Shown here piece after piece: positions 38,102-48,806 of a stretch of DNA of 64,000 nucleotides (within the stretch, counting starts at the first letter, position 1; each line of letters begins with the position of its first letter). The notes below the pieces were generated by a model. That model was not told where the DNA came from. It saw nothing but the letters and a program-made list of their open reading frames with translations, and did no database searches. A program made the translations under genes and the position numbers. Source of the stretch: Solirubrobacterales bacterium (GTDB taxonomy: Bacteria; Actinomycetota; Thermoleophilia; Solirubrobacterales; 70-9); contig DATCLC010000069.1 in the NCBI GenBank assembly GCA_036564135.1, forward strand, positions 1,529-65,528, read 5' to 3'.

Positions 38102-38138
38102 CGTGCGATTCCGTTGCGATGGGCAACGTTCTCGCACG
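38102..38138. terminator. nested hairpin in the convergent spacer between the ADH and PpsA-like genes
   Basis: CGTGCGA-TTCC-GTTGC-GATGG-GCAAC-GTTC-TCGCACG. Confidence 0.35.
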
Positions 38139-38220
38139 GCCGGTGGGGGTGAGCTGGCGCTCGGTAAAAGACACCGCGCCACGGCGAGGCCCGGCGCATC
38201 TGCGCGGGGCGCGCCGGGCT

Positions 38221-40536
38221 TCAGCTCGCCCGCGAGGCCTCGAGCAGCCGCCTGCGCTCGGCGGCGGCGACCAGCCGCCTGGCGCGGTCGACGGCGTCCA
38301 GGTTCACGGAGATCGCGTCGATGCCGGCGTCCACCAGGATGTCCGCGTACTCCGGGTAGACCGAGGGCGCCTGCCCGCAGATCGACGTGCGCAAGCCGAG
38401 CGCCCGCGCCTTGGGGATCAGCTGGCGCAGGTACGCGACGACCGCGGGATCGCGCTCGTCGAAGACCTCGGCGACGAGCTCGGAGTCGCGGTCGGCCCCG
38501 AGGAGGAGCTGGGTCAGGTCATTGGACCCGATCGAGATCCCGGCGATCCCGAGCTCCGCGTAGCGCTCCAGGTTGAAGAGCACCGTCGGGACCTCGGCCA
38601 TCACCCACAGCTCGAAGCCGCGGCGCCGCCCGAGCCCGACGTCGTCGATCATGCGCTTGCACGCCTCGATCTCCTCGGCGACGCGGACGAAGGGCAGCAT
38701 CACGTGCAGGTTGCGGTGGCCGCGCCGCCAGACCTGATCCAGGGCCCGCAGCTCGAGCTCGAACAGATCGGGCTCATGCCGGTAGCGAAGCGCCCCGCGG
38801 TAGCCGATCATCGGGTTCGCCTCGACCGGCTCGAAGCGCTCGCCGCCCTCAAGGTTGCGGAACTCGTTGGAGCGGAAGTCGATCGTCCGGTAGGTGACCG
38901 GCCTGGGCGCGAGGGCCTCCGCAAACGCGGTGAGCGCGTCCGCGAGCCGGTCCACGACCTCGTCGGCCCTCCCCTCCTCGAGCAGCAGGCGGGGGTGCCT
39001 GCCCTCCAGGACCTCCACGATCATGAGCTCGGCGCGCAAGAGCCCCACGCCGTCGACGTCCAGGTCGGCCACGCGCTCGAGCTGGGAGGGCTCCGAGAGG
39101 TTCGCGAGCAGGCGCGTGCCCGTGACCGGTGCCGCGCGCTCGGTGACCGCGGGCGGCGGCGCGACCGCCGGCTCCGCCGACAGCGCCCCGCGCGCCACAA
39201 GTCCCGCGCCGGCATCGACCGTGACCAGCTCGCCGTCCTGGATCGCCGCGGTGGCGTCGTGCGTGCCGACCAAGCACGGAATGCCGAGCTCGCGCGACAC
39301 GATCGCCGCATGGCAAGTCATGCCGCCGGAGTCGGTCACGATCGCCGCGGCGCGGCGCATGAGCGGCACCCAGTCGGGCGCGGTCATCCGGGCGACGAGG
39401 ACCTCCCCGTCTCCCAGGCGCGCGCCTTCGTCAAGGCTCTCGATGAGGCGCGCCACGCCGCTCGCGCGCCCGGGTGCGGCGCCGAGGCCGCGCGCGAGCA
39501 CCTCGAGCTCGCCCTCGCCCTCGGGGGCGGGCGGCTCCGCCTCCCCCGCGAGCGTCGTGACGGGCCGTGACTGCAGCATCCAGACCTTGCCGGCGGCGTC
39601 GATCGCCCACTCGGTGTCCTGCGGGGCGCCGTAGTGCGCTTCCAGGGCGCGCCCGAAGCGCGCGAGCTCTATCGCTTGCGCGTCGCTGATGGCCGCCTCC
39701 CTAGAGGCCTCCCCGGCGAGCGACACGGTTCGCGTGCCTCCGCCCGGCAGGGGCTCGACCGCCACCTCCTTCTCGCGGATCTCGCGGGCGAGGATCTCGA
39801 GGTCGGCCTTGCGGACGACGAACCGGTCCGGCGAGACCGAGCCCGAGACCACGGCCTCCCCGAGTCCTCGCGAGCCCTCGATCACGAGCTCACCCCGGTC
39901 CCCCGTCGCCGGGTTCACGGTGAACATCACCCCGGAGGCCATCGCATCGACCTGCGCCTGGACGACGACCGCGATGTCCATCAGGACCGGGTCGAAGCCG
40001 CGCTTCGCGCGGTAGTAGATCGAGCGCGCGCCGAACAGCGACGCCCAGCAGTCCCGGACGGCCGCCAGGACGCCGTCGGGGCCGCGCACGTTGAGGAAGG
40101 TCTCGTTCATACCCGCGAAGGAGGCCGACGCCGTGTCCTCGGCCGTGGCCGACGAGCGGACCGCGACCGGCAGCTCGGCCGCCTCGTCGAGCGCCCGGTA
40201 CCGGGCCTCGATCGCGTCCGCGATGCCCGGCGGGATCTCGGCGCCCTCCACGAGCTCGCGCGCAGCCTTGGCGGCCGATCGCAGGGCCTCCGTGTCGTCC
40301 ACGTCGAGCCCGCCCAGCACCGCGGCGAGCTGCTCGCGGATGCCGGACTCGTCGCGGAACGTCGCGTACGCGGGCGCCCCGACGACGAACCCCGGGGGAA
40401 CGGGCATGCCGGCGCGGATCATCTCGCCGAGGTTCGCTCCCTTGCCGCCCGCGTAGGCCACGTCGCCGGCACCCAGCTCGCCCAGCTCGCGGACCGCGGG
40501 CGAGGATGCAGCGGTTCGCTCGCCTCGCGAGCTCAC
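38221..40536 (-). CDS. ppsA: phosphoenolpyruvate synthase / pyruvate,water dikinase-like enzyme
   Basis: GGKGANLGEM, phospho-His motif GGMTCHAAIVSRELGIPCLVG, and ISIGSNDLTQLLLG. ORF-track entry 38221..40782 trimmed to GTG 40536 (GTGA overlap with the upstream membrane ORF). Confidence 0.85.
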   Translation of the reverse strand: MSSRGERTAASSPAVRELGELGAGDVAYAGGKGANLGEMIRAGMPVPPGFVVGAPAYATFRDESGIREQLAAVLGGLDVDDTEALRSAAKAARELVEGAEIPPGIADAIEARYRALDEAAELPVAVRSSATAEDTASASFAGMNETFLNVRGPDGVLAAVRDCWASLFGARSIYYRAKRGFDPVLMDIAVVVQAQVDAMASGVMFTVNPATGDRGELVIEGSRGLGEAVVSGSVSPDRFVVRKADLEILAREIREKEVAVEPLPGGGTRTVSLAGEASREAAISDAQAIELARFGRALEAHYGAPQDTEWAIDAAGKVWMLQSRPVTTLAGEAEPPAPEGEGELEVLARGLGAAPGRASGVARLIESLDEGARLGDGEVLVARMTAPDWVPLMRRAAAIVTDSGGMTCHAAIVSRELGIPCLVGTHDATAAIQDGELVTVDAGAGLVARGALSAEPAVAPPPAVTERAAPVTGTRLLANLSEPSQLERVADLDVDGVGLLRAELMIVEVLEGRHPRLLLEEGRADEVVDRLADALTAFAEALAPRPVTYRTIDFRSNEFRNLEGGERFEPVEANPMIGYRGALRYRHEPDLFELELRALDQVWRRGHRNLHVMLPFVRVAEEIEACKRMIDDVGLGRRRGFELWVMAEVPTVLFNLERYAELGIAGISIGSNDLTQLLLGADRDSELVAEVFDERDPAVVAYLRQLIPKARALGLRTSICGQAPSVYPEYADILVDAGIDAISVNLDAVDRARRLVAAAERRRLLEASRAS

Positions 40537-40862
40537 CCTCGATGCTGCCCGTCTGGCCGCCTGTGCACGGCGGCGCGGATCCCGAAACCGACCGTGGCGA
40601 TCGCCAGTGCGGCGACGATGGTCGCGAGGGTCACGAGGGCCGGGCTCACCAGGATCGCCGCCGCTGCGAGGAGCAGCACCGCCAGCGCCGCGAAGAGAAG
40701 AGCGAGCTCGATAGCGCGCACCAGCATCCGGTGCCGGCGCTCGAGCGAGCCGAGCTCGGGGACCGACGCCCGTTGCGGCCAAGCAGCCATCGAGGTCGAT
40801 CGTAGGTCGCGAAAACCGCCCGTTTGCAGCACTTCTCTCACCACGCCCCGGTCAGCCCTCAC
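40533..40862 (-). CDS. small two-TM membrane protein
   Basis: LVRAIELALLFAALAVLLLAAAAILV and ALVTLATIVAALAIATVGFGI. The start is uncertain (ATG 40862, 40790 or 40727). Confidence 0.5.
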   Translation of the reverse strand: MRADRGVVREVLQTGGFRDLRSTSMAAWPQRASVPELGSLERRHRMLVRAIELALLFAALAVLLLAAAAILVSPALVTLATIVAALAIATVGFGIRAAVHRRPDGQHRG

Positions 40863-41709
40863 CCCAGCCGCGCGGAATCACCAGGACCGGGCACGGGGCG
40901 GTCCGCGCGACAGCGGCCGAGACGCTCCCAAGAAGCGCGCGGCGGATCGGTCCGTACCCGCGCGAGCCCAGCACCAGAAGGTCGAGCTCCACGCCCCGTG
41001 CGGCAAGCGCCGCGGCCGGATCACCCTCAAGCAGCGCGGTGCTCACCTCGAACTCGCAGTCGATCTCCTCGGCGGCCCGAGCGAGCGCCTCCTCGAGCCG
41101 CTCGCGCATCGCCACCTCAACGTCCGCGGCGGTCCCCGCCCAAACCGGGGGTACGGACGGGATCGGCGGCACGACGCCGATCAGCTCCAGCTCCGCGTCC
41201 AGGGCCTTGGCGAAGTGCCTTGCGGACGCGAGCGCCGTCCGGCTTTCCGGCGAGCCGTCGTAGCCCACGCCCACCAGTCCCAGCCCGGGGCGCTCGGGCG
41301 CGTAACCGCGCGGGACGACGACCACCGGGCACGGCGCGCCGTTCAGCAGACGGTCGGCGACGCTACCGGGGTAGACGCGGCCCAGCCGCCCGCGGTGGGT
41401 CGACCCCACCACGATCAGATCCGCTTCCTCATGCTCCGCGCGATCGTTGAGTGCCCGCGCGGGCGAGCCGTCGCTGACGGGCCGGCGCTCGAAGGGCGTT
41501 TCGCCGAGAACTTGCGCCGCGCGCTCGAAGATCTCGTCGAAGTGCTCCTCCAGGGCGCGCTCGTAGGCGTCGACCGCGATCGGCAGGGGCGCGTAGTCGA
41601 GCGCCGCCACCACGTGGAGCTGGGCGCCCTCGATCGCCGCGAGCTCACGGGCGAAGCGCAGGGCGTCGTCGCCGTTCTCCCGCCCGTCGTATCCGACCAG
41701 GATCCTCAT
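40852..41709 (-). CDS. tandem universal stress protein (two UspA domains)
   Basis: 285 aa. Two repeats, each ending in the ATP-binding-type motif (GSTHRGRLGRVYPGSVADRLL...PVVVVP and GSRGYGPIRRALLGSVSAAVA...PVLVIP). Confidence 0.9.
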   Translation of the reverse strand: MRILVGYDGRENGDDALRFARELAAIEGAQLHVVAALDYAPLPIAVDAYERALEEHFDEIFERAAQVLGETPFERRPVSDGSPARALNDRAEHEEADLIVVGSTHRGRLGRVYPGSVADRLLNGAPCPVVVVPRGYAPERPGLGLVGVGYDGSPESRTALASARHFAKALDAELELIGVVPPIPSVPPVWAGTAADVEVAMRERLEEALARAAEEIDCEFEVSTALLEGDPAAALAARGVELDLLVLGSRGYGPIRRALLGSVSAAVARTAPCPVLVIPRGWGEG

Positions 41710-41924
41710 CTCAGGCTCCCGGGCCTCGACCTGCGCCGCGGCTCACCCGCGGGCGCGGGCCGTGGCGCGGCCTCCCGGCGGCGCCACGCGATCTCGACGG
41801 CGGCGCGCTCCACGACTCGCGCCTGGGCGAGCGGGCGACCGCAGTTCGCGCAATGGTCGAGGTCGGCCCAGCCGGTGATCGCGAACGTGTCCTCCCCGCA
41901 GTGGGGGCAACGGACGAGAGGCAT
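41706..41924 (-). CDS. Zn-ribbon mini-protein (paralogue 2)
   Basis: 72 aa. MPLVRCPHCGEDTFAITGWADLDHCANCGRPL. GAGGG SD upstream. ATGA overlap with the USP start. ORF-track entry 41706..42149 trimmed to ATG 41924. Confidence 0.5.
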   Translation of the reverse strand: MPLVRCPHCGEDTFAITGWADLDHCANCGRPLAQARVVERAAVEIAWRRREAAPRPAPAGEPRRRSRPGSLR

Positions 41925-41932
41925 GGCAACCC

Positions 41933-42118
41933 TCAGAGCCGTCCACGGCCGGCCGGGCCGCCCCGACCGTCCTTGGGAACTCCCAAGCTCACAGGCCCCG
42001 GATCTTCTGCCGCGCATTCGCCGTGCCCGTGCGACGGGATCGCGAACCCGAGCGCGATCAGCACGGCGGCGAGCCCGACTGCGATCTGTGCCATCGAAAG
42101 GAACTCCATGACCGCCAT
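41933..42118 (-). CDS. possible 61-aa single-TM protein
   Basis: MAVMEFLSMAQIAVGLAAVLIALGFAIPSHGHGEC... Its stop lies 8 nt before the Zn-ribbon ATG. Weak SD. Confidence 0.3.
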   Translation of the reverse strand: MAVMEFLSMAQIAVGLAAVLIALGFAIPSHGHGECAAEDPGPVSLGVPKDGRGGPAGRGRL

Positions 42119-42172
42119 CGAGCCTCGCAGCCGGGCGGGCTTTCTCCATCCGTGCGGGATCCGCGACTCGCC

Positions 42173-42189
42173 TCCGTGGTGGCTACGGG
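42173..42189. promoter_or_regulatory. 17-nt element copy f
   Basis: Plus strand reads TCCGTGG TGG CTACGGG. TACCTT lies 46 nt downstream, and the CBS ATG lies 87 nt downstream. Confidence 0.5.
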
Positions 42190-42276
42190 GTCGGATAGGG
42201 CATCACCGCCCGATGTAGGCGGCGCCCCTCCCCCGTACCTTCGCGGTGAAACCCCCAAGACCAAGGAGCGTCGCCG

Positions 42277-42708
42277 ATGACGGACACAAGCCTCAAGAGC
42301 CGCGGGAGCTACCGCACCCCGTCCTACGAACACGCGACCGTTGGCGACGCCATGCGCCTCGGCGTTATCTCGTGCCCCGCGGAGACGCCGCTACGGCAGG
42401 TGGCGCGCATGATGGCGACCGAGCACATCCACTGCGTGGTCGTCATGCAGGATCGCGGCTGGGGAGTGGTCACCGACAGCGACCTGATCCGCGCCGCGGA
42501 GGGCGACCTGGACACGACCACCGCGGGCGAGGTGGCCGGCAGCGCCATCCCGAGGCTCACCCCCGGCGACCCTCTCGACCGAGCCGCGCGGCTCATGGTC
42601 GAGCACGAGGTGTCGCATGTGCTCGTGGTCGACGGGACCACCGGGCACGCCACCGGGGTGCTCTCGACGCTCGATGTGGCTGGCGTGCTGGCGTGGGGTG
42701 AGGCTTGA
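42277..42708 (+). CDS. CBS-domain pair protein
   Basis: 143 aa with two CBS-like repeats (ATVGDAMRLGVISCPAETPLRQVARMMATEHIHCVVV ... LDRAARLMVEHEVSHVLVV). Confidence 0.85.
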   Translation: MTDTSLKSRGSYRTPSYEHATVGDAMRLGVISCPAETPLRQVARMMATEHIHCVVVMQDRGWGVVTDSDLIRAAEGDLDTTTAGEVAGSAIPRLTPGDPLDRAARLMVEHEVSHVLVVDGTTGHATGVLSTLDVAGVLAWGEA

Positions 42709-42866
42709 GATTGGTCGCCGGTCGCCGGTCGCCAGTCACCGGTTGCTTGGGAGGAAGCGTCCGGCTGCAGCACAGCCGTTTCAAACTTCGACAGCCCACC
42801 ACGGACGGCGAGGCCCGAGGCGCCCAGCCGGCGATCTGCGACTGGGAGCGGCGACCCCTACGCGCA

Positions 42867-42883
42867 TCCGTAGCCACTACGGA
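42867..42883. promoter_or_regulatory. 17-nt element copy b (perfect palindrome) plus extra half-site
   Basis: TCCGTAG CCA CTACGGA. An additional CTACGGA lies at 42890-42896. TAACTT lies 46 nt downstream. The RR ATG is at 42985. Confidence 0.6.
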
Positions 42884-42984
42884 TCCCCGCTACGGAGCGA
42901 GGCACGAAACGAACCGTGACCGCCGCAACTAACTTCAAGCGTTATGGTGCGTGCGCTGCAGGCGGAGAGGAGCTAGGGGCAGCG

Positions 42985-43629
42985 ATGGCTGCTGACGGCG
43001 AGTCGACGATCACGGTCATCCTGGCCGACGACCACGCGATCGTCCGCGACGGAATCCGGATGATCCTCGAGTCCGAGCCGGATATCGAGGTGGTCGCCGA
43101 GGTTGGCGACGCCGAAGGCGCGCGCCGGCGCACCTCGGGCCTCAAGCCCGATGTCCTCGTCCTCGACCTCAACATGCCCGACGGCTCGAGCCTGCCGATG
43201 ATCCCGGCGATCCTCGAGGGCTCCCCCAACACGGCGATCATCGCGCTCACGATGCAGGAGGACCCGTCGTTCGCCCGCGAGGCGTTCCGCCTCGGCGCGA
43301 AGGGCTACGTAGTGAAGCGATCCGCGGGCAAGGAGCTGATCCAGGCGATCCGCGAGGTACTGAACGGCGGCAGCTACATCAACCCGCAGCTCGGCGCCAA
43401 GGTGGCCGCCGAGCCCGAGGGTCCGCCGGGCGGCCTCACCCAGCGCGAGGCCGAGGTCTTGGCATTGATCGCTCAGGGCTACACCAACCCCGAGATCGCC
43501 GAGCAGCTGGTGCTGAGCGTGCGCACGGTCGAGACGCATCGCTCGGCGATCCACCGCAAGGTCGGGACCACCAACCGGGCGGCGCTGGTGCGGTTCGCCC
43601 GCGAGCACGGGCTCGTCGACGACCTCTAG
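42985..43629 (+). CDS. NarL/LuxR-family response regulator (DevR/DosR-like architecture)
   Basis: ATG 42985 is preceded by GGAGAGGAG. Receiver ILADDHAIVRDGI...DVLVLDLNMPDGS; HTH LTQREAEVLALIAQGYTNPEIAEQLVLSVRTVETHRSAIHRKVG. Confidence 0.9.
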   Translation: MAADGESTITVILADDHAIVRDGIRMILESEPDIEVVAEVGDAEGARRRTSGLKPDVLVLDLNMPDGSSLPMIPAILEGSPNTAIIALTMQEDPSFAREAFRLGAKGYVVKRSAGKELIQAIREVLNGGSYINPQLGAKVAAEPEGPPGGLTQREAEVLALIAQGYTNPEIAEQLVLSVRTVETHRSAIHRKVGTTNRAALVRFAREHGLVDDL

Positions 43630-43630
43630 G

Positions 43631-45920
<2,290 letters not shown>

Positions 45921-45955
45921 CGTTGACCTCGTGCGACGGGCTCGGCTCGTGACCG

Positions 45956-46156
45956 TTAGTCCAGGACGAAGGTCACCTTCAGGTCGACGCGGAAGCCGGA
46001 GATCTGGCCGTCCTCGACGAGGACCTTCTGCTCCTTGACCCAGGCGCCCTGGATCCCGCGTACCGTCTCCGACGCCTTGGCGATGCCCTGCTTGATCGCG
46101 TCCTCGAAGCTCTCCTCCGAGGTCGCCGTGATCTCAATGACCTTTGCGACCGCCAT
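45956..46156 (-). CDS. dodecin (flavin-binding)
   Basis: 66 aa. MAVAKVIEITATSEESFEDAIKQGIAKASETVRGIQGAWVKEQKVLVEDGQISGFRVDLKVTFVLD. AAGGAGGA SD upstream. ORF-track entry trimmed to ATG 46156. Confidence 0.85.
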   Translation of the reverse strand: MAVAKVIEITATSEESFEDAIKQGIAKASETVRGIQGAWVKEQKVLVEDGQISGFRVDLKVTFVLD

Positions 46157-46239
46157 CGCGATCCTCCTTCGTAGGGATTTGATGCCGATGCTCACCAACG
46201 ACCGCGACGACGACATCGGTACGGGCGGCCGGTCCTGAG

Positions 46240-46256
46240 TCCGGGCTCACTACGGA
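46240..46256. promoter_or_regulatory. 17-nt element copy c
   Basis: TCCGGGC TCA CTACGGA, 83 nt upstream of the dodecin ATG (minus strand). Confidence 0.5.
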
Positions 46257-46430
46257 CCCCCGGCTGCTCGGGCCGGTCAGCGCCGAGGCTTCGGTGTGCG
46301 GATGATCGAGCCGAGTACCCGCCTGGGGCGGTCGCAACCGGGCGCGTGCGTCGGAGCGATGGGTAGATCCCAGGGTCGTCAGCGAAGACCACGTTCGCTT
46401 GGCCGCGGTCCGGTCGGTAGCCGTCGGGCC

Positions 46431-46447
46431 TCCGTAGTGGCGACGGA
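46431..46447. promoter_or_regulatory. 17-nt element copy d
   Basis: Plus strand reads TCCGTAG TGG CGACGGA. TACGGT lies 45 nt downstream, and the hsp20 ATG lies 87 nt downstream. Confidence 0.55.
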
Positions 46448-46534
46448 TGGAATCCCCGAGTCGCGGCGGATGGAGCGGCGCGATGGCGGGCGTACGGTCG
46501 GAGTGCAGAGAAAGCGATCAGAGGAGGTGCCGAG

Positions 46535-46993
46535 ATGGCAGCGACCCTCACGCCCGCAAGCCCCTTCGCTGAGCTTGGGGAGCTGCGCGAGCGGATCGAC
46601 CGCGCGTTCGGGGACCTGTTCCAGGATCTCACCGACGGTGGGCGCCGCACGTGGCGGCTCTCGGTCGATGTCGTGGAGGAGGACGACCGGTACGTGGTGC
46701 TGGCCGACGCGCCGGGCATGGGCCCCGATGACGTGACGATCGAGGTGAAGGACAACGTCCTCACCGTCTCCGGCGAGCACAGCGAGAGCGAGGAGGAGAA
46801 GAAGCGCAACTACGTCCGCCGCGAGCGGCGGTGGGGCGCCTTCTCGCGCTCGATGACGCTGCCGCCGGGCGTCGACGCCGACGACGTCAAGGCGACGTTC
46901 GAAGACGGCGTGCTCGAGATCTCGATCCCCAAGCCCAAGGTCGAGGAGCCCGAGACGAAGCGGATCGAGATCAGCCGGAAGTCGGGGAGCTGA
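46535..46993 (+). CDS. Hsp20/alpha-crystallin family small heat-shock protein
   Basis: 152 aa. Alpha-crystallin domain VDVVEEDDRYVVLADAPGMGPDDVTIEVKDNVLTVSGEH ... GVLEISIPKP. GAGGAGG SD upstream. Confidence 0.9.
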   Translation: MAATLTPASPFAELGELRERIDRAFGDLFQDLTDGGRRTWRLSVDVVEEDDRYVVLADAPGMGPDDVTIEVKDNVLTVSGEHSESEEEKKRNYVRRERRWGAFSRSMTLPPGVDADDVKATFEDGVLEISIPKPKVEEPETKRIEISRKSGS

Positions 46994-47026
46994 CCTCTCC
47001 TCCTCCCGTCCCGCGCCGGCACAAGC

Positions 47027-47065
47027 GAGGCGGATTTGTCCCCAGATACGGGACAAATCCGCCTC
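47027..47065 (+). terminator. perfect 16-bp hairpin after hsp20
   Basis: GAGGCGGATTTGTCCC-cagatac-GGGACAAATCCGCCTC followed by TTCCCTCCC. Confidence 0.6.
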
Positions 47066-47115
47066 TTCCCTCCCGTCAACGCGCGAGGGCCCCTCGCGGA
47101 GCCCTCGCTTTGAAG

Positions 47116-47189
47116 TCGGGGCGACTGGATTTGAACCAGCGACCTTTCGGCCCCCAGCCGAATGCGCTACCAGACTGCGCCACGCCCCG
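47116..47189 (-). tRNA. tRNA-Pro (GGG)
   Basis: Minus-strand cloverleaf: CGGGGCG TG GCGC AGTCTGGTA GCGC A TTCGG CTGGGGG CCGAA AGGTC GCTGG TTCAAAT CCAGT CGCCCCG A. No encoded CCA. Confidence 0.9.
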
Positions 47190-47265
47190 AATTCAGTTGT
47201 CCGGGCCCCGCTTCGGGCGGTGCCCGTTGACACTCATGATGCCGTATTTCGGCCCTTTCGTGTCA

Positions 47266-47338
47266 AGCGGGCGACGGGGCTCGAACCCGCTACTTTCAGC
47301 TTGGAAGGCTGACGTGCAACCAGTTACACCTCGCCCGC
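47266..47338 (-). tRNA. tRNA-Gly (TCC)
   Basis: Minus strand reads GCGGGCG...TCAGC CTTCCAA GCTGA...GCGGG TTCGAGC CCCGT CGCCCGC T. Anticodon loop CTTCCAA. Confidence 0.9.
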
Positions 47339-47375
47339 TGAACGGCCCCGATTATAGGTTCGGCGGAGGTTGAAC

Positions 47376-47942
47376 TCAGCCCCGGCGCCAGGCCAGGAGC
47401 ACCGTGTAGGTCGCGTAGCGCGAATCGGGCTTGCCCCGCCGGGCGGCGCCCTTGCCCACCCCGATGCCGACGTGCGTGAAGCGGCGGCCGAGGATGTTCT
47501 TGCGCACGCCGTTGCGCGGGTTGAGCCAGGTCTCCATCATGGCGAGCGGGGTAGTGCTGAACCCGATCGCCTCGGCGTACCCGTAGCGCTGCCCTGGGCG
47601 CAGGTAGCCGGAGGCCTCGAGTCGCTGGTCGAGCGGGGCCTCGCCGCGACAGCGATGGCGCAGGCAGTTCTTGCGCAGCATGACCTTGGTGTGCCGCCGC
47701 GCGATGCGCGTCAGGTCGGGGTGCGCCTTGACCTTGCCGGAGTTGCGCTTCGTGCGTACCTCGCGCAGCAGGCAGCGCATCGCGCGCTTGAGCTGGGCGG
47801 GGGTCGCCTGGGCGGGGGTCGCCTTCGCCTTCGGGCAGTCGGTCTCGAGTGCCGCCGCCGGCGCGGGGCTCAACGCGAGCAGCGCGACGGTGAGCAGCGC
47901 ACAGGCGATTGCGGCAAGCGGAATGTGCGGGCGCGCGAGCAT
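47376..47942 (-). CDS. secreted CAP/SCP-like domain protein (paralogue 1)
   Basis: ORF-track entry 47376..48146 runs through tRNA genes, so it is trimmed to ATG 47942. Signal peptide present. Cys-rich N-terminal region, and HTKVMLRKNCLRHRCRGEAPLDQRLEASGYL...THVGIGV typical of bacterial CAP domains. Confidence 0.7.
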   Translation of the reverse strand: MLARPHIPLAAIACALLTVALLALSPAPAAALETDCPKAKATPAQATPAQLKRAMRCLLREVRTKRNSGKVKAHPDLTRIARRHTKVMLRKNCLRHRCRGEAPLDQRLEASGYLRPGQRYGYAEAIGFSTTPLAMMETWLNPRNGVRKNILGRRFTHVGIGVGKGAARRGKPDSRYATYTVLLAWRRG

Positions 47943-47994
47943 CTCTCTAAGGACCAACAGCGCCGACCCCCGCTTTGTTGCGGCCGGCGTCAAG

Positions 47995-48067
47995 CGGGGC
48001 AGCCAGGACTCGAACCTGGAATCGCCGGTTTTGGAGACCGGTGCCTTACCAATTTGGCCACTGCCCC
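47995..48067 (-). tRNA. tRNA-Trp (CCA)
   Basis: Minus strand reads GGGGCAG TG GCC AAATTGGTAA GGC A CCGGT CTCCAAA ACCGG CGATT CCAGG TTCGAGT CCTGG CTGCCCC G. Confidence 0.85.
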
Positions 48068-48099
48068 CGGTTGTTGGGCCCATCAGGGTACCGAGCCTA

Positions 48100-48183
48100 T
48101 GCGGGCGGAGGGACTTGAACCCCCACGCTCTTACGAGCACCGGCACCTAAAGCCGGCGTGTCTACCAATTCCACCACGCCCGC
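48100..48183 (-). tRNA. tRNA-Leu (TAG)
   Basis: Minus strand reads GCGGGCG...CCGGC TTTAGGT GCCGG, then a long variable arm, then GGGGG TTCAAGT CCCTC CGCCCGC A. Confidence 0.88.
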
Positions 48184-48227
48184 GCGTCCACGATCATAGG
48201 CCCAGCGGGCGATCCGGTTGCGCCCAT

Positions 48228-48779
48228 ATGTCGCGTCCGGTGGGCCGCGGATTTACACTGCGCTCGATGGAGGCGACGCACGTCCGCCCGGGGTACGAGG
48301 TCTGGCGCCCGAACCGCGAGAGCGCCCGCAACAAGTCGACGAAGGCGCTCGTCGCGCTCGTGCTGTTGATCTCAGCGGCGCTGATCGTGATCATCGTGTT
48401 CGGCGGCTGGGAACGGCTGCAGGACACGACGATGGCGATCATCGCGCTCGCCTGGGCAGGCGTGTATGTGCTGTTCGCCTATCTGGTCTCGCGCTGGAAC
48501 CGGGGCGTGCTGCCCGTGGCCGCGTCGCTTGCCGTGATCCTCGCGATCTTTGCCGGGGTCGCGACTCCCGCCTGGTTCGACCGCGCCAAGGACGGGCTGA
48601 GCTCTCCCGCGCTCCCAGAGGAGATGCTCGGGCTGCTCACGCTCCTGCTCATCCCCGTGCAGCTGCTGCTGATCGTGGTCGCGATGGTCGCGTTCAACCA
48701 GCAGTGGCACATCGAGGAGGAGCGCCCGATCAGGGGCGCTCCGCTCGCGGGCGAGGACGCCGCGCCCAGCAGGGCCTAG
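48228..48779 (+). CDS. hypothetical polytopic membrane protein
   Basis: Only the C-terminal part of ORF-track entry 47370..48779 is plausible; the rest overlaps tRNAs and the CAP gene. Four hydrophobic segments. Start is ATG 48228 or ATG 48267. Confidence 0.6.
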   Translation: MSRPVGRGFTLRSMEATHVRPGYEVWRPNRESARNKSTKALVALVLLISAALIVIIVFGGWERLQDTTMAIIALAWAGVYVLFAYLVSRWNRGVLPVAASLAVILAIFAGVATPAWFDRAKDGLSSPALPEEMLGLLTLLLIPVQLLLIVVAMVAFNQQWHIEEERPIRGAPLAGEDAAPSRA

Positions 48780-48806
48780 GCGCAGCGCCTGCAGCCGGCG
48801 CCTGCC

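Noticed and set aside
42712-42745. GGTCGCC GGTCGCC GGTCGCC triplet just after the CBS gene stop.
   Set aside because: It is a short simple-sequence repeat. It may contribute to a weak terminator hairpin, but nothing further can be supported.
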